Origin: Cyanobacteriota bacterium
GTDB lineage: Bacteria > Cyanobacteriota > Cyanobacteriia > PCC-6307 > Cyanobiaceae
Direction of reading: 5' to 3'
Length of the DNA stretch: 64,000 bases
Assembly (NCBI GenBank): GCA_035284785.1
Contig: JAYKHK010000024.1
Coordinates: forward strand, 2,573 to 66,572
Shown here: positions 44,548 through 54,475 of the stretch, piece after piece
How positions within the stretch are numbered: the first letter of the stretch is position 1
How the letters are laid out: each line of letters starts with the position of its first letter
Position numbers and translations under genes: made by a program
The notes under the pieces: model-generated
Seen by the model: the letters and a program-made list of their open reading frames with translations, nothing else
Database searches by the model: none
What the model was told of the DNA's origin: nothing

Positions 44548-46197
44548 ATGACGGCCACTCTGGATCCTGTGGATGCGGTTGTGGTGGGCGCTGGGGCCTG
44601 CGGCGGGGTGGCGGCGATGGTGCTCGCGGAGGCGGGCTTGCGGGTGCTGGTGCTCGATGCCGGGCCGGATCTTGCCCCGGGTCGCGCCCTGGGCGGCGAG
44701 CCTCTCAACAGCCTGAGGCGCGTCGCCTTCCTGGCCAGTGGCCGCAACCGCTTGCAGGCAAACCACCCTGGCTACTGGAAGCACAATCCGGCGCTCTACA
44801 TCGATGAACGCCGCCACCCCTACCTCACCCCAGAGGATGCCCCCTATCTCTGGAGCCGCGGCCGACAGGTGGGTGGAAAGTCTCTGACTTGGGGAGGCAT
44901 CACGCTCCGGTTGTCGGATTACGAGTTCAAGGCTGGCCAATGGGATGGGCTGAGCCGCTGCTGGCCCATCGGCCACGCCGATCTCGATCCCTACTACTCC
45001 CGTCTCGAGCGGCTGCTGGGAGTGCATGGCCAGCGGGATGGCTTGGCTCAGTTGCCCGATGGCGACACCTTGGCCCCCCTGCCACTCACCCCGGGTGAGC
45101 GCCTCCTGCAGCGCGCCGTGGCCAAAGAATTGGGGCTGCCACTGATCCCCTCGCGGGGATTCGCCACCCACGTGCGGTCAACGGATGGGCCCTGGCCTCG
45201 CTCCAGCGCTCAGGGATCCACTTTGGCCCGGGCTCTGGCGACGGGGCGGGTGCAGGTGCGTCCTTTGGCCGCGGTGAGCCATCTGTGGATGGATCCCGCT
45301 GGGGAGCGCGCCAAGGGTGTGGTGCTGGTGGAGGGCAGTGGAGGCAGGAGGGAGCGACTGGCAGCTGATCTGGTGGTGCTATGCGCCTCCACCATCGAAA
45401 CCTTGCGAATTCTGCTGCTCTCCCAGGCGGGTCTCGATGGCCCACCCCTGCTCGATCCCTCTGGCGCGTTGGGCTGCCAGTTGATGGATCACATCTCCAC
45501 CAGCTGTTTTTTCAGCTTGCCGGTGGCGCACGCCCCTTCCGCAGTCGCAGAACTCTCTGGGGCTGGCAGCTGTTTTCTGCCCAACACGTTGTTCGGTGAG
45601 CATGCCGCCCCCGAGTTCGCGCGAGGATATGGCCTCTGGGCGGCCGTTCAGCGCTTCGACCCGCCCTCTTTCCTCAAGCGACGCCCTGGCGAGGCCCTGG
45701 GCTTTTTGATCGGCCACGGGGAGGTGCTTCCCTCGCTTGAGAATCGCGTCAGCTTGTGTTGGGATCGGCAGGATGCCCTGGGGTTGCCTGTGCCCTCGAT
45801 CGCCTGCCGTTGGGGAGACAATGAGCGACGGATGGTGGCCCACATGGAGGGCCGGATGCGGGCCGTGGTGGCGGCCGCGGGGGGGGACATCCAACCGCTG
45901 GAGGATTTGGTGAAGCTCCCTCTTCTGGAACCGTGGGTGAAGGGCAGTCCAGCCCTGGGGAGCGGCGCTGCCCCGCCCGGGTACTACATCCATGAGGTCG
46001 GGGGTGCCCCCATGGCGAGCCATGAGGAGGCTGGGATGGTGAATCCGTGGAATGCCTGCTGGCGTGCCCCGAACGTGTTGGTGACCGATGGCGCTTGCTG
46101 GCCGAGCGCGGGATGGCAAAGCCCCACCCTCACTCTGATGGCCCTCACCTGGCGGGCTTGTGAAGCGGCCCTCCGCAAGGGCCGCGGAGGTGAGTAG
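44548..46197 (+). CDS. GMC family oxidoreductase
   Basis: VVGAGACGG, GRQVGGKSLTWG, YIHEVGGAPM, QSPTLTLMAL. Confidence 0.92.
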   Translation: MTATLDPVDAVVVGAGACGGVAAMVLAEAGLRVLVLDAGPDLAPGRALGGEPLNSLRRVAFLASGRNRLQANHPGYWKHNPALYIDERRHPYLTPEDAPYLWSRGRQVGGKSLTWGGITLRLSDYEFKAGQWDGLSRCWPIGHADLDPYYSRLERLLGVHGQRDGLAQLPDGDTLAPLPLTPGERLLQRAVAKELGLPLIPSRGFATHVRSTDGPWPRSSAQGSTLARALATGRVQVRPLAAVSHLWMDPAGERAKGVVLVEGSGGRRERLAADLVVLCASTIETLRILLLSQAGLDGPPLLDPSGALGCQLMDHISTSCFFSLPVAHAPSAVAELSGAGSCFLPNTLFGEHAAPEFARGYGLWAAVQRFDPPSFLKRRPGEALGFLIGHGEVLPSLENRVSLCWDRQDALGLPVPSIACRWGDNERRMVAHMEGRMRAVVAAAGGDIQPLEDLVKLPLLEPWVKGSPALGSGAAPPGYYIHEVGGAPMASHEEAGMVNPWNACWRAPNVLVTDGACWPSAGWQSPTLTLMALTWRACEAALRKGRGGE

Positions 46198-46333
46198 GCG
46201 GAGTGGCATCAGGGGTGGTGAGGATGTGCTCACCTCTGGCTGGATGTGGTGTCAATCACCACAGAACCCATGCCTCACTTTCCAGAAAATGATTGAGCGA
46301 CCTTAAACGGGTCGGGCAAGGGAGAAATCACCG

Positions 46334-46361
46334 GCGGAGGTTGGCCCCTCCGCTTTTTTTT
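46334..46361 (+). terminator. Rho-independent terminator
   Basis: GCGGAGG-ttggcc-CCTCCGC followed by T8. Confidence 0.8.
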
Positions 46362-46416
46362 GTGCCTGCGTCGCCCTGCGTGTTCTGCAGCCGAGGCATT
46401 GGTGGATGGCGACCAT

Positions 46417-46713
46417 TCAAGGCTCAGAGAAGAGCCCCGCCAGGTAGTGGTCCCGCACGGTGCTGTCGCTTGAGCCGTTTTGGAACAAAAAACCCGCCAG
46501 GGCTGAGGTGATCACGCTGTACTGATCCCAATGGGGGTGATTGCGGATGAACTCCCGCATCCCTTCAAACAGCGCCTCTGGCACCTCGGCCTCCAGGCTC
46601 ACGCTGGTATTGGCGGGTGGCAAGGGGAATGTGCAATGGTCCTCCAGTCCCTGGCGATCGAGGGTTGAGGCCTCTGCAAGACCTGCCGTCCTCTCATCGT
46701 CTGGATCTTTCAC
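46417..46713 (-). CDS. DUF2811 family protein
   Basis: SLEAEVPEALFEGMREFIRNHPHWDQY...FLFQNG; start uncertain. Confidence 0.88.
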   Translation of the reverse strand: MKDPDDERTAGLAEASTLDRQGLEDHCTFPLPPANTSVSLEAEVPEALFEGMREFIRNHPHWDQYSVITSALAGFLFQNGSSDSTVRDHYLAGLFSEP

Positions 46714-47075
46714 AGGGCGCGGGCGTCATGCAGCCCAGTACGCCACAGCCCAGCCGCTTTCGTCAAAGCCCCCCCCTCAGGCAGCCAAGCGGTGCCTCAC
46801 GAGCTGAGATCGCCTCTGGCCATTGGGATTCTTGAGGGAGCACCGGGTGTGGTTCACCCTGCTGGGCTGTTGGCAAAAGCTTTGTCAAGGACCTGGCGGG
46901 ATCTTGCCCGCTTTCCACAGGGCGGGGTCTCCGCCGCTCGTTTGACGGAGCGGATGGGGAAAACCCCGCCCAAGGCTGGGGGAAACGGGGCCGCAATGGG
47001 GAAAAACCCGATCCATAGAAATGTCTTAACGATTTCCAAATGATTGGCCGGCCTCAAGCTGAGACCGTTCTTCCC

Positions 47076-48173
47076 TCAGGCTTTGTGGAGGGTTTGGGGG
47101 CCCAGGGGGTGATGGGCATGGGGGTAGAGAGGGTGGTGGTGGTGGTGCGCCGACTCGGAGTGGTCCTTGGGTTGGGCCCCGTCTTCGCTTTGACAGGCGC
47201 CGGTGCATTCCCGCTCGCACAGGTGGCAACTTTCCATGGAGCCCTCCACATGGTGGTGGTGGCTGTGCTGTGGATAGCCCACTTCCCTCTCAAAACCAAG
47301 CACTTGGGCCCTGTATTTGCAGAGGGAGCAATTCATGGCGTTGCTGCCCTCCATCACCTCCTGCAGGCGCTCCTGAAAGGTTTGCAACACCTGCGGGTGG
47401 TCTCCCAGGTAGGAGGCATGAAGAAGTTCCACCTCCGGGTGCTCGGCAGCAACCGCATTGCTGTGTTGCACGATGCGGCTGACCAAGACACCGGAAAAGA
47501 GAAAGTATGGAAAAACCACGATGCGCCGAAAGCCCAGCCGCATCACGTGGCGCAGCCCCGGTTCCACCAGAGGAAAGGTGACGCCCGAATAGAGGGTTTC
47601 TCCCCAGCCAAAGCCGAATCCCTCGACCAACATGCGCGTGACTTTGGCCACATTGGAATTGGCGTCGGGATCGGAGGATCCGCGGCCCACCACCACGAGC
47701 AGGGTGTCGTGCAGGGGCACCAACTCTCTCCCCTCCTGGATGGCCTGGCTGTCAGCTGAATCAAGGCAGCTGCGGATCCGGGCTCCAGCGGCCTGAATCA
47801 TGCCCAGGTCCACCCCCAGCTCGCGGCCGTAGTCCACCCGCAACCCTGTTTCGGCGGCAAAGGTGTTCAGCACAGATGGAATGTCGTTTTTGGCATGGCC
47901 TGCGGCAAACAACATCGCAGGCAGGGCCAGGATGTGTTGCACGCCCTGGCTCTGGAGGCTTTCCAGCCCGTCGCGCAGGATCGGCCGGGCAAATTCCAGA
48001 TAGCCATGGGCGACAGGCACAGGATGGAGCCGCTCCTGCAGCTGCCGGGCCAAATCGGCAAATTCAGCCACGGCCAATCGATTGCGGCTGCCATGGCCGC
48101 AAATCATCACGCCGATCGGGCCGTTAGGGCCAAGGAGGGCGGTTTGCGGGCTGTCGGGAGAGGAGGAGGTCAT
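47076..48173 (-). CDS. cbiX: Sirohydrochlorin cobaltochelatase
   Basis: CGHGSR, GHAKNDIP, GRGSSD, MNCSLCKYR, His-rich tail. Confidence 0.92.
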   Translation of the reverse strand: MTSSSPDSPQTALLGPNGPIGVMICGHGSRNRLAVAEFADLARQLQERLHPVPVAHGYLEFARPILRDGLESLQSQGVQHILALPAMLFAAGHAKNDIPSVLNTFAAETGLRVDYGRELGVDLGMIQAAGARIRSCLDSADSQAIQEGRELVPLHDTLLVVVGRGSSDPDANSNVAKVTRMLVEGFGFGWGETLYSGVTFPLVEPGLRHVMRLGFRRIVVFPYFLFSGVLVSRIVQHSNAVAAEHPEVELLHASYLGDHPQVLQTFQERLQEVMEGSNAMNCSLCKYRAQVLGFEREVGYPQHSHHHHVEGSMESCHLCERECTGACQSEDGAQPKDHSESAHHHHHPLYPHAHHPLGPQTLHKA

Positions 48174-48269
48174 GGAGCCAACCACATAGGGAGACCCTAT
48201 TCCGCCTATCGCAGCGGGGCGAGGTGAGCCATGGCGGCGGAGCTTAGATTTCCCTCAGCCTTGCCCGCC

Positions 48270-48935
48270 GTGACCCTTCGTCTCCCCCCCTACCAACCCC
48301 TTCCCCCTCCCGATCCCCACCTTCCGTTCATCGAGGTGCGGGTGGCTGATTTGCAGCCCACTCAGATGTGCGTGGGCTTGGCTGAGGTGAGGAGCCGTCA
48401 ACAGGATTTCTCAGCGGAGAGTCCAAAGGAGCGGCGCGACTATCTCACCGGCAAGCCTGTTCCGCTGGTGCGGGGGGGCGAGGGCAGGTTTTGGATGGTG
48501 GACCGCCATCACAGGCTGCGGGCGCTGGTGGAGTTGGATCCTGAGGCCACAGCCTTCGGCTATGTGGTCCTGCAGCTGGCTGAGGCCTCTCGCTCTCAAG
48601 TGCTGGAGGATTTGCATCGCCGTGGTTGGCTCTACCTCTATGACGGCAGGGGCGTCGGTCCTCTTCCCTCCCTTGCTCTGCCGCAGACGCTGTTGGATTT
48701 GCAGGATGATCCCTACCGCAGTCTGGTGTGGAAACTGAAGCGGGAAAAGCGCATTGCTCCCAAGCCGCTCATCCCTTTTCATGAATTCCGCTGGGGGGCT
48801 TGGCTGCGCCGGCGTCCCCTGCCGCCGTTCACTTCTGATCAACTGGAGCCGGCGCTGCCAACGGCGCGAGCCTTGGTGGTGTCACCGGCGGCCTCCCACC
48901 TGGCTGGTTGGCTGGGTTCTGGGGGCAGCGGATAG
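48270..48935 (+). CDS. ParB-like nuclease-fold protein
   Basis: LQPTQMCVG, VDRHH, DDPYRSL, FHEFRW. Confidence 0.82.
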   Translation: MTLRLPPYQPLPPPDPHLPFIEVRVADLQPTQMCVGLAEVRSRQQDFSAESPKERRDYLTGKPVPLVRGGEGRFWMVDRHHRLRALVELDPEATAFGYVVLQLAEASRSQVLEDLHRRGWLYLYDGRGVGPLPSLALPQTLLDLQDDPYRSLVWKLKREKRIAPKPLIPFHEFRWGAWLRRRPLPPFTSDQLEPALPTARALVVSPAASHLAGWLGSGGSG

Positions 48936-49021
48936 CTCTCTGCGGAGGATTGGGGGAGGCCATGGTCGTGGCTTCCAGGTTTAGAAGGCATGATGACAGG
49001 GCCCTTGAAGTGAGTTTGCCC

Positions 49022-49780
49022 ATGGTTGACAACAGCCAGAGTGAATCCGCCTTTGATCAGGCAAGCTTTGAAGAGCAAAGCTCTAGACGCTCCCGCCGCA
49101 GGCTTTGCCTGCTGCTCGATGGGGGCTCATTCGCTCTCTTTTCGATCTTTTTAGTGCGTTTGCTCTCCGTGTTGCTGGGGAGCGATCCGAACAATACAAG
49201 GTGGCAGGCTGAATTTGTTGATGTTTTGGTCAATCAGGCCCAGATTGCTTTCCTTGGATTTGTTTTGCTTCATTTGGCCTCATTTGTTCAGCCACACCAT
49301 GACAATCTGCGTCGTCGGCTCCGATTGGTGCGCACCCTGGCTGTGATTCCAGTGATTGGTTTTTTGCTGCTGATCCCCCTGCAAATCACTAGTTCCTACG
49401 GAGATTTCTCGGCGGCTCAGACCAGGCGAACAACCTATCTTTCCCAATCGGTTCGCCTCACTGAACTTCGCGAGGCAATTCGACAATCCCAGAATGTGCA
49501 AGATCTGAATGTGCGCTTGCAATCACTTCTGGAGCCTCCCCTGACAGGGGATGAATTGAACAAACCGCTCACCCTGTTGCGGCAAAACTTGCTGAAGGAA
49601 AATCAGGCTCGCCAAGACGCGATCACCCAAAGTTTAAAAACAAATTTGGAGAACATTGATCCCGTGAGCGTTGTGATTGGTCGGGTGGGCTCAGCCCTGG
49701 GTTGGGCTCTGGCCTTCGCTGCGGGGGCAGTGCCTTGGGGATCGCGCTCCACCCTGATGGAGAGGGTGCGGCGCCGCTGA
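49022..49780 (+). CDS. HpsJ-like membrane protein
   Basis: Three N-terminal TM segments, coiled region, final TM; FLLLIPL. Confidence 0.65.
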   Translation: MVDNSQSESAFDQASFEEQSSRRSRRRLCLLLDGGSFALFSIFLVRLLSVLLGSDPNNTRWQAEFVDVLVNQAQIAFLGFVLLHLASFVQPHHDNLRRRLRLVRTLAVIPVIGFLLLIPLQITSSYGDFSAAQTRRTTYLSQSVRLTELREAIRQSQNVQDLNVRLQSLLEPPLTGDELNKPLTLLRQNLLKENQARQDAITQSLKTNLENIDPVSVVIGRVGSALGWALAFAAGAVPWGSRSTLMERVRRR

Positions 49781-49785
49781 TCGGT

Positions 49786-51192
49786 TCAACGGCGGTTGCG
49801 GGGCGGCTGACCATCGCCCTGGTGGAGCAGTTGTTCCCATCGGCGGAGTTGCCGATCTGCCAGCCAGGCTGCCACAACCACCGCCAAGCCCGCCCCCAGA
49901 GCCCAGTAGGTGTGCCACCAAGCCACCGCGACGATGGCGAGCCATGGCAGCAACATCAACCCTTGACGCCAGCGGCGCAGTTGGATGAGGGCCCCGGCGC
50001 AGGCACGGCAGTGCTCCGTATGGCTGTGATAGCGCTCCATCAGGCTGTCGCGCTCGAGTCGGGGCGGCAGATCTTGGCCTGGGAAAGGCACGCCGCCGTG
50101 CTCCATCACCCACTGATGCAGGGCCATCACGTAGCGATCCGCGCGGCTGGCCAAATAGCAACTGCGGCTAAGGTTTTCGCTGCCTCCCCGCTGGGCGAGC
50201 ACCCTCTCCTGCCAATGCAGAAAGAGTTGGTCGTCTTCGAGCACCACGTGGTTGCCCAAGTGTTGGAGCCAGGTGGGGCGAAGGCGGAGCAGCCAGGGGG
50301 CCAATGGCGAGCGGAACTGGAAGGGGAAGCGAGCAAACACCCGGCAGAATCCCGGGCGGATGGGGGTGGCATACACCACGGTGAGAATGCGGGCAAAGCT
50401 TGGGGCTGTGAGGTCGTGCCACATCAGGCAGGGCGCCGTGAAGGTGGTGGCCTGGCTGCCAAGCTTTCCCTTGCGCGGCCCTTCTGGCCACAGGCCCGAA
50501 AAGCCAGAGGCGTCCGCATGCACCAGTTCAAGCTCAACGGGGCCGGCGTTTTCCCGCCGCCCCACCGTGGCGTGGTGGGTGAATGGCACATGGCTCACGT
50601 CCAACACGTTCTCCAGCAGGGTGAGGGCGTCGTAGGGGAGATCGCGGAAGGTGTCCTGCAGGAACCAGGGCCGCTCGCCAGGGCCGGGGGGCTCCTCGAG
50701 CTGGGGCACCAGGGGCAGGGGTGTCGTTGAGCTGTCGTTGGGATCGCCTGCAAAGACAAAGAGCAGGCCCTGCCCGGTGGCCGTGGCGTAAGTGCGGCAA
50801 TGGCTGCGGGAGCTCTTGAGCCGCGCGGCCTTGCTCTCCGATCCCGCCTCCTCAGGGGACCCGGCTGCGCAGGCCTGGGGGATGGCGGTGCAGTGGCCAT
50901 CGCCGCGAAAGGTCCAGCCGTGGTAGGGACATTCCAGCTCGCCATCGTCGTTGAGCCGTCCTTCCGAGAGGGGCACCAGCCGGTGGGGGCAGACATCGGC
51001 GAAGGCGCGCCATTGCTCGCTGGCCTGATCCCACCACAGCACGAGGTCATCCCCGAGCAGGGTGAAGGCGGTGGGGCGGCCGCGATCGAGATCGGACAGA
51101 TAGGCGACGGGGTACCAGCTGCGCCGCCAAGGAGAGTGCGGCGTTGCGCTGGCCGTGTCCGCAACCCGGGGGGCGGGAATGGTGGACGTCAT
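49786..51192 (-). CDS. Rieske oxygenase, pheophorbide a oxygenase family
   Basis: CPHRL...CPYHGW, ENVLDVSHVPFTH, HTEHCRAC, C-terminal TM segments. Confidence 0.92.
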   Translation of the reverse strand: MTSTIPAPRVADTASATPHSPWRRSWYPVAYLSDLDRGRPTAFTLLGDDLVLWWDQASEQWRAFADVCPHRLVPLSEGRLNDDGELECPYHGWTFRGDGHCTAIPQACAAGSPEEAGSESKAARLKSSRSHCRTYATATGQGLLFVFAGDPNDSSTTPLPLVPQLEEPPGPGERPWFLQDTFRDLPYDALTLLENVLDVSHVPFTHHATVGRRENAGPVELELVHADASGFSGLWPEGPRKGKLGSQATTFTAPCLMWHDLTAPSFARILTVVYATPIRPGFCRVFARFPFQFRSPLAPWLLRLRPTWLQHLGNHVVLEDDQLFLHWQERVLAQRGGSENLSRSCYLASRADRYVMALHQWVMEHGGVPFPGQDLPPRLERDSLMERYHSHTEHCRACAGALIQLRRWRQGLMLLPWLAIVAVAWWHTYWALGAGLAVVVAAWLADRQLRRWEQLLHQGDGQPPRNRR

Positions 51193-51411
51193 GGGTGGAT
51201 GGCAAACCTCAACCAGACACGCGCTTTGGCTTCTTCACATCATGGCGCCGTGCTTTCGAGGCCGTTGGCAGAGGATGGGATGGCTGCCATGGCCAGCTTG
51301 CCATCGAGAGGTTGGTGGCGTTGCCCTGGAGATGGGATGAATTGTTAAGGATCATCCTGGCATTTGCCAAGTGCGCGTACGTTTTGGGAATAGAAGAGTC
51401 TTTGCTTGCCA

Positions 51412-51919
51412 ATGAGCCAGTTCTCTGCTGATCAATCCTCTGGATGTGAGCGGATCAAGCAGGGGATCGCCAAGGGGAAGGCTCTACCGATGCTGCCTGC
51501 GATTGACTATGGCAGCACGGCAAGCCATGGGGCTCCGCCCATTCACTACCAAAACCATGATGCTCGGCTGGGCATTGATTTTCAGGTGGGCAAATTCCCC
51601 TTTGAGCAACTGCAGGCCATGGATGCGAGGTTGGTCACCATTGCGCCAGGGTCTAGCAAAGCATCGCCACGCCCACGAATCCATTTTCGTGGTGCTGGAG
51701 GGGGAGGCAGTGCTCCACATCGAGGGTGAGGAGCTTCCTCTCGCTCAGGGCGATCTGGCTTACGTGCCCCGTTGGGCTGTTCACCAAACCCGCAACCGCT
51801 CCAGCGATTGCCTGCTGCGCATACTCGCCATCACCGACTTTGCTCTCACCTCATCGCTGCTTGGCGATTACGACAGGCAGACGCGACTGAAAGAAAATGG
51901 TTGTCAGGTTTCGCCATGA
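51412..51919 (+). pseudogene. Frameshifted cupin domain protein
   Basis: One frame ends ...DARLVTIAPGSS and another continues KHRHAHESIFVVLEG...VPRWAVHQTRN; shift at ~51658. Confidence 0.75.
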
Positions 51920-52746
51920 GCCGGATCGTGCCCGCACGAGTGATCGAATCCCGGGATCGGCGGTTTCGCAACAAGCAACACTCGCCGAATCGCTCCCGGA
52001 TTGTCGGCAGCAACTACGTTGGGGATCTGATGCAGCAAGCTCTCAAACATCGTGCCGTTCTGCATCCCTATCTGCTGGCAATGGCCAACGGTGATTTGCC
52101 TGATCTTCGTGGCGCTGTGTGCGATTTTGCTTGCCATTATCATGGCTATTCATCCCATTTCCCCCGCTATCTCACTGCCTTGATTTCCCGGTTGGACGCA
52201 CCGGAAGACCGCCAGCCGCTCTTGGACAATTTGAGCGAGGAAAGCGGTTGCTACCCCCCTGCAGACTTGGACCGATTGGCTGCCTGTGGCATCCAGGCGG
52301 AGTGGGTGGTCCATGTGCCGCACCCGGAGTTGTTTCGGCGTTTTCGCCTGGCCCTTGGGGTGGCCGACGCTGCTTCCGCCAAGGAGCATCTCGAAGTGGT
52401 GGCCTGGCGGGAGCAGCTGCTTGGCTTGATCAGCCATGGCTCCGCCGCTGAAGCGGTGGGAGCCCTTGGCTTGGGCACCGAAGCCATTGTGCCAGCCATC
52501 TACCCGGCCTTCATCCAGGCTCTGCAGAGGCTTGGCGATGTGACTCCACGCGATGCGGTGTTTTTTGCCTTGCACACCCTGGTCGACGACCACCACCAGG
52601 CCACCTTGAAGGCTCTTGCCTGCAAGCTGGCGATCCGTCAGCGTGGGAGGCATGAGTTGGCGGTGGGCATGATCAAAGCGCTGGCACTTCGGGATGCCTT
52701 CTGGAGCTGGCTGCACCAACGGGCTCTGGCCATGGAGCCCGTTTGA
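51916..52746 (+). CDS. Heme-oxygenase-like diiron oxidase (PqqC/CADD/TenA fold)
   Basis: AVLHPYL, NLSEESG, PHPELF, GTEAIV, FFALHTLVDDHH metal-ligand set. Confidence 0.85.
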   Translation: MSRIVPARVIESRDRRFRNKQHSPNRSRIVGSNYVGDLMQQALKHRAVLHPYLLAMANGDLPDLRGAVCDFACHYHGYSSHFPRYLTALISRLDAPEDRQPLLDNLSEESGCYPPADLDRLAACGIQAEWVVHVPHPELFRRFRLALGVADAASAKEHLEVVAWREQLLGLISHGSAAEAVGALGLGTEAIVPAIYPAFIQALQRLGDVTPRDAVFFALHTLVDDHHQATLKALACKLAIRQRGRHELAVGMIKALALRDAFWSWLHQRALAMEPV

Positions 52747-52754
52747 GCGGGCCC

Positions 52755-53504
52755 ATGCCAACCACCAGGGACCTCTACAACGCCAGCGCGACCCATTGGA
52801 GCCGGGAGCAAGCCTTGCTGTTGAGTGACTTCACGGCTCGCCCCCGGGTGCTGGAAGCGATGGCTCCGGTGCAGGGGCTGGAGGTGTGGGACCTGGGCTG
52901 CGGCGAGGGCTACATGGCTCGTGCCCTTCTGCGCGCCGGTGCCCGTCTGGTGCGCGGTTTTGACATCTCGGAACAGATGGTGACGCAGGCGCAGATGGCG
53001 TCAACGCCCGCCGGTGCGGCCGTTTACGAGCGCAGGGATCTGGGGGATCAAGGCCAGTGGCCCGAGGGGCGCTGCGATGCGGCCGTCGCTGTCTTCCTGT
53101 TCAACTACCTCAGCCTTGCCCAGCTGGAGGGGGTGTTGCGCGGGGTGCGCAAGGCGCTGCGACCCGGGGGGCGCTTTGTGTTCACAGTGCCCCATCCCCT
53201 CTTTCCTTTCCTCTGCCGCCAGGAGGCCCCCTTCTTTTTTGATCCAGCCGGGCAGACCTACACCAACAGCGCCGACGCCCTGTTCGAGGGTTGGATCTGG
53301 CGGCGGGATGGTGAACGTGTCGCCGTGCGGTGCCGGCACAAAACAGTCGCTGATTATTTCGCCGCTTTGGAGCGCAGCGGCTGGCTTGGATTGCCACGGG
53401 TGGAGGAGCTTGGGGTCAGCGATGCCCTCGTGCAGGAGGACCCAGCCTTTTTTGGCCCCCTGGCCGGTCTCCCCCTTCACCTGTTGTTTGCCCTGACGGC
53501 ATGA
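52755..53504 (+). CDS. Class I SAM-dependent methyltransferase
   Basis: WDLGCGEG, GFDIS, LRPGGRFVF. Confidence 0.9.
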   Translation: MPTTRDLYNASATHWSREQALLLSDFTARPRVLEAMAPVQGLEVWDLGCGEGYMARALLRAGARLVRGFDISEQMVTQAQMASTPAGAAVYERRDLGDQGQWPEGRCDAAVAVFLFNYLSLAQLEGVLRGVRKALRPGGRFVFTVPHPLFPFLCRQEAPFFFDPAGQTYTNSADALFEGWIWRRDGERVAVRCRHKTVADYFAALERSGWLGLPRVEELGVSDALVQEDPAFFGPLAGLPLHLLFALTA

Positions 53505-54469
53505 AGGCACCCTGCTCCCATCCGCTGGCATGGACGGCGATGGAGCTGGCGGCCGATCCGGCCTGGACCCTCGGGGCTGACAGCAGGCTGGAGGGCCTCC
53601 TCGCCTCGCTCTCGGCCTGGGCGGCGCTGCAGCCGGATCCCGAAGAAGCGTTGGCCGCTGGATCTTGGGCCGCCACCCACCCTCAGACGAGCACCCTGTT
53701 GCGCCAATGGTGCCAGCCGCTGCAGGAGCAGTTGCAGCGGGGACGCGGGGTGGTGCGATTGACGGGGCTCGAGGGGGTGAAGGAGGGGGAGCTGCGCCTG
53801 CTGGTTTTGGCGATTGGCCTGGCGTTGGGCCAGCTGGATCGCACCTACGGGCTGCTCCATGCGGTGCGTGATTCCGGCCAGTCCCATTTGGATCGGCCCA
53901 TCCCTGTCTCCCAAACCCGCGCTGCCCCAGGCATGCACACCGACAGCTCTCAGCGGCTGGTCCACCCCCGCTGGGTGGGCCTGGCCTGCGTGCGCCCTGC
54001 CGCCAGCGGTGGAGCCTCGGCCCTGGCATCGGTGCGCACGGTGCACGGGCATCTGTTGCAGGAGGACCCAGCCCTGGTGACGCGCTTGAGCCGCTGCTTC
54101 ATTCGCGATGTGGTGACACCAGGCGGAGATCGGGATCGTCAGGCGATCTTGGCCAATGCTTTTCCGATCTTTTCAGGATCGCCCGCCGATCCCACCATGC
54201 GCTACATGCGCTACTGGATTGAGAAAGGGCAGCAGGAGGCAGGCCATCCCCTTGACCCGGGGGCCTTGGCTGATCTGGATCGGTTGGATGCCGCCTTGAA
54301 CGCACCAGAGTTTCGCCATGAGTTTCTGTTGCGGCCGGGGGATGTGCTGTTGCTTGACAACCACCGCATTGCCCACGACCGCACGACCTACCGCGATGAG
54401 CCTTCGCAGCCAAGGCTCATGCTGCGGCTCTGGCTGAACGCGGACGCTTCGGCGCCCAGTCGGCGCTGA
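53501..54469 (+). CDS. TauD/TfdA family Fe(II)/2OG dioxygenase
   Basis: MHTDSS (HxD), LLLDNHRIAHDR, RLMLRLWL. Confidence 0.9.
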   Translation: MKAPCSHPLAWTAMELAADPAWTLGADSRLEGLLASLSAWAALQPDPEEALAAGSWAATHPQTSTLLRQWCQPLQEQLQRGRGVVRLTGLEGVKEGELRLLVLAIGLALGQLDRTYGLLHAVRDSGQSHLDRPIPVSQTRAAPGMHTDSSQRLVHPRWVGLACVRPAASGGASALASVRTVHGHLLQEDPALVTRLSRCFIRDVVTPGGDRDRQAILANAFPIFSGSPADPTMRYMRYWIEKGQQEAGHPLDPGALADLDRLDAALNAPEFRHEFLLRPGDVLLLDNHRIAHDRTTYRDEPSQPRLMLRLWLNADASAPSRR

Positions 54470-54475
54470 ACTGGC

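Noticed and set aside
47076-47270. His-rich low-complexity repeats
   Set aside because: Known metal-binding tail of cyanobacterial CbiX
51209-51412. 67-aa minus-strand ORF
   Set aside because: Lies in the divergent promoter gap and has no recognisable features
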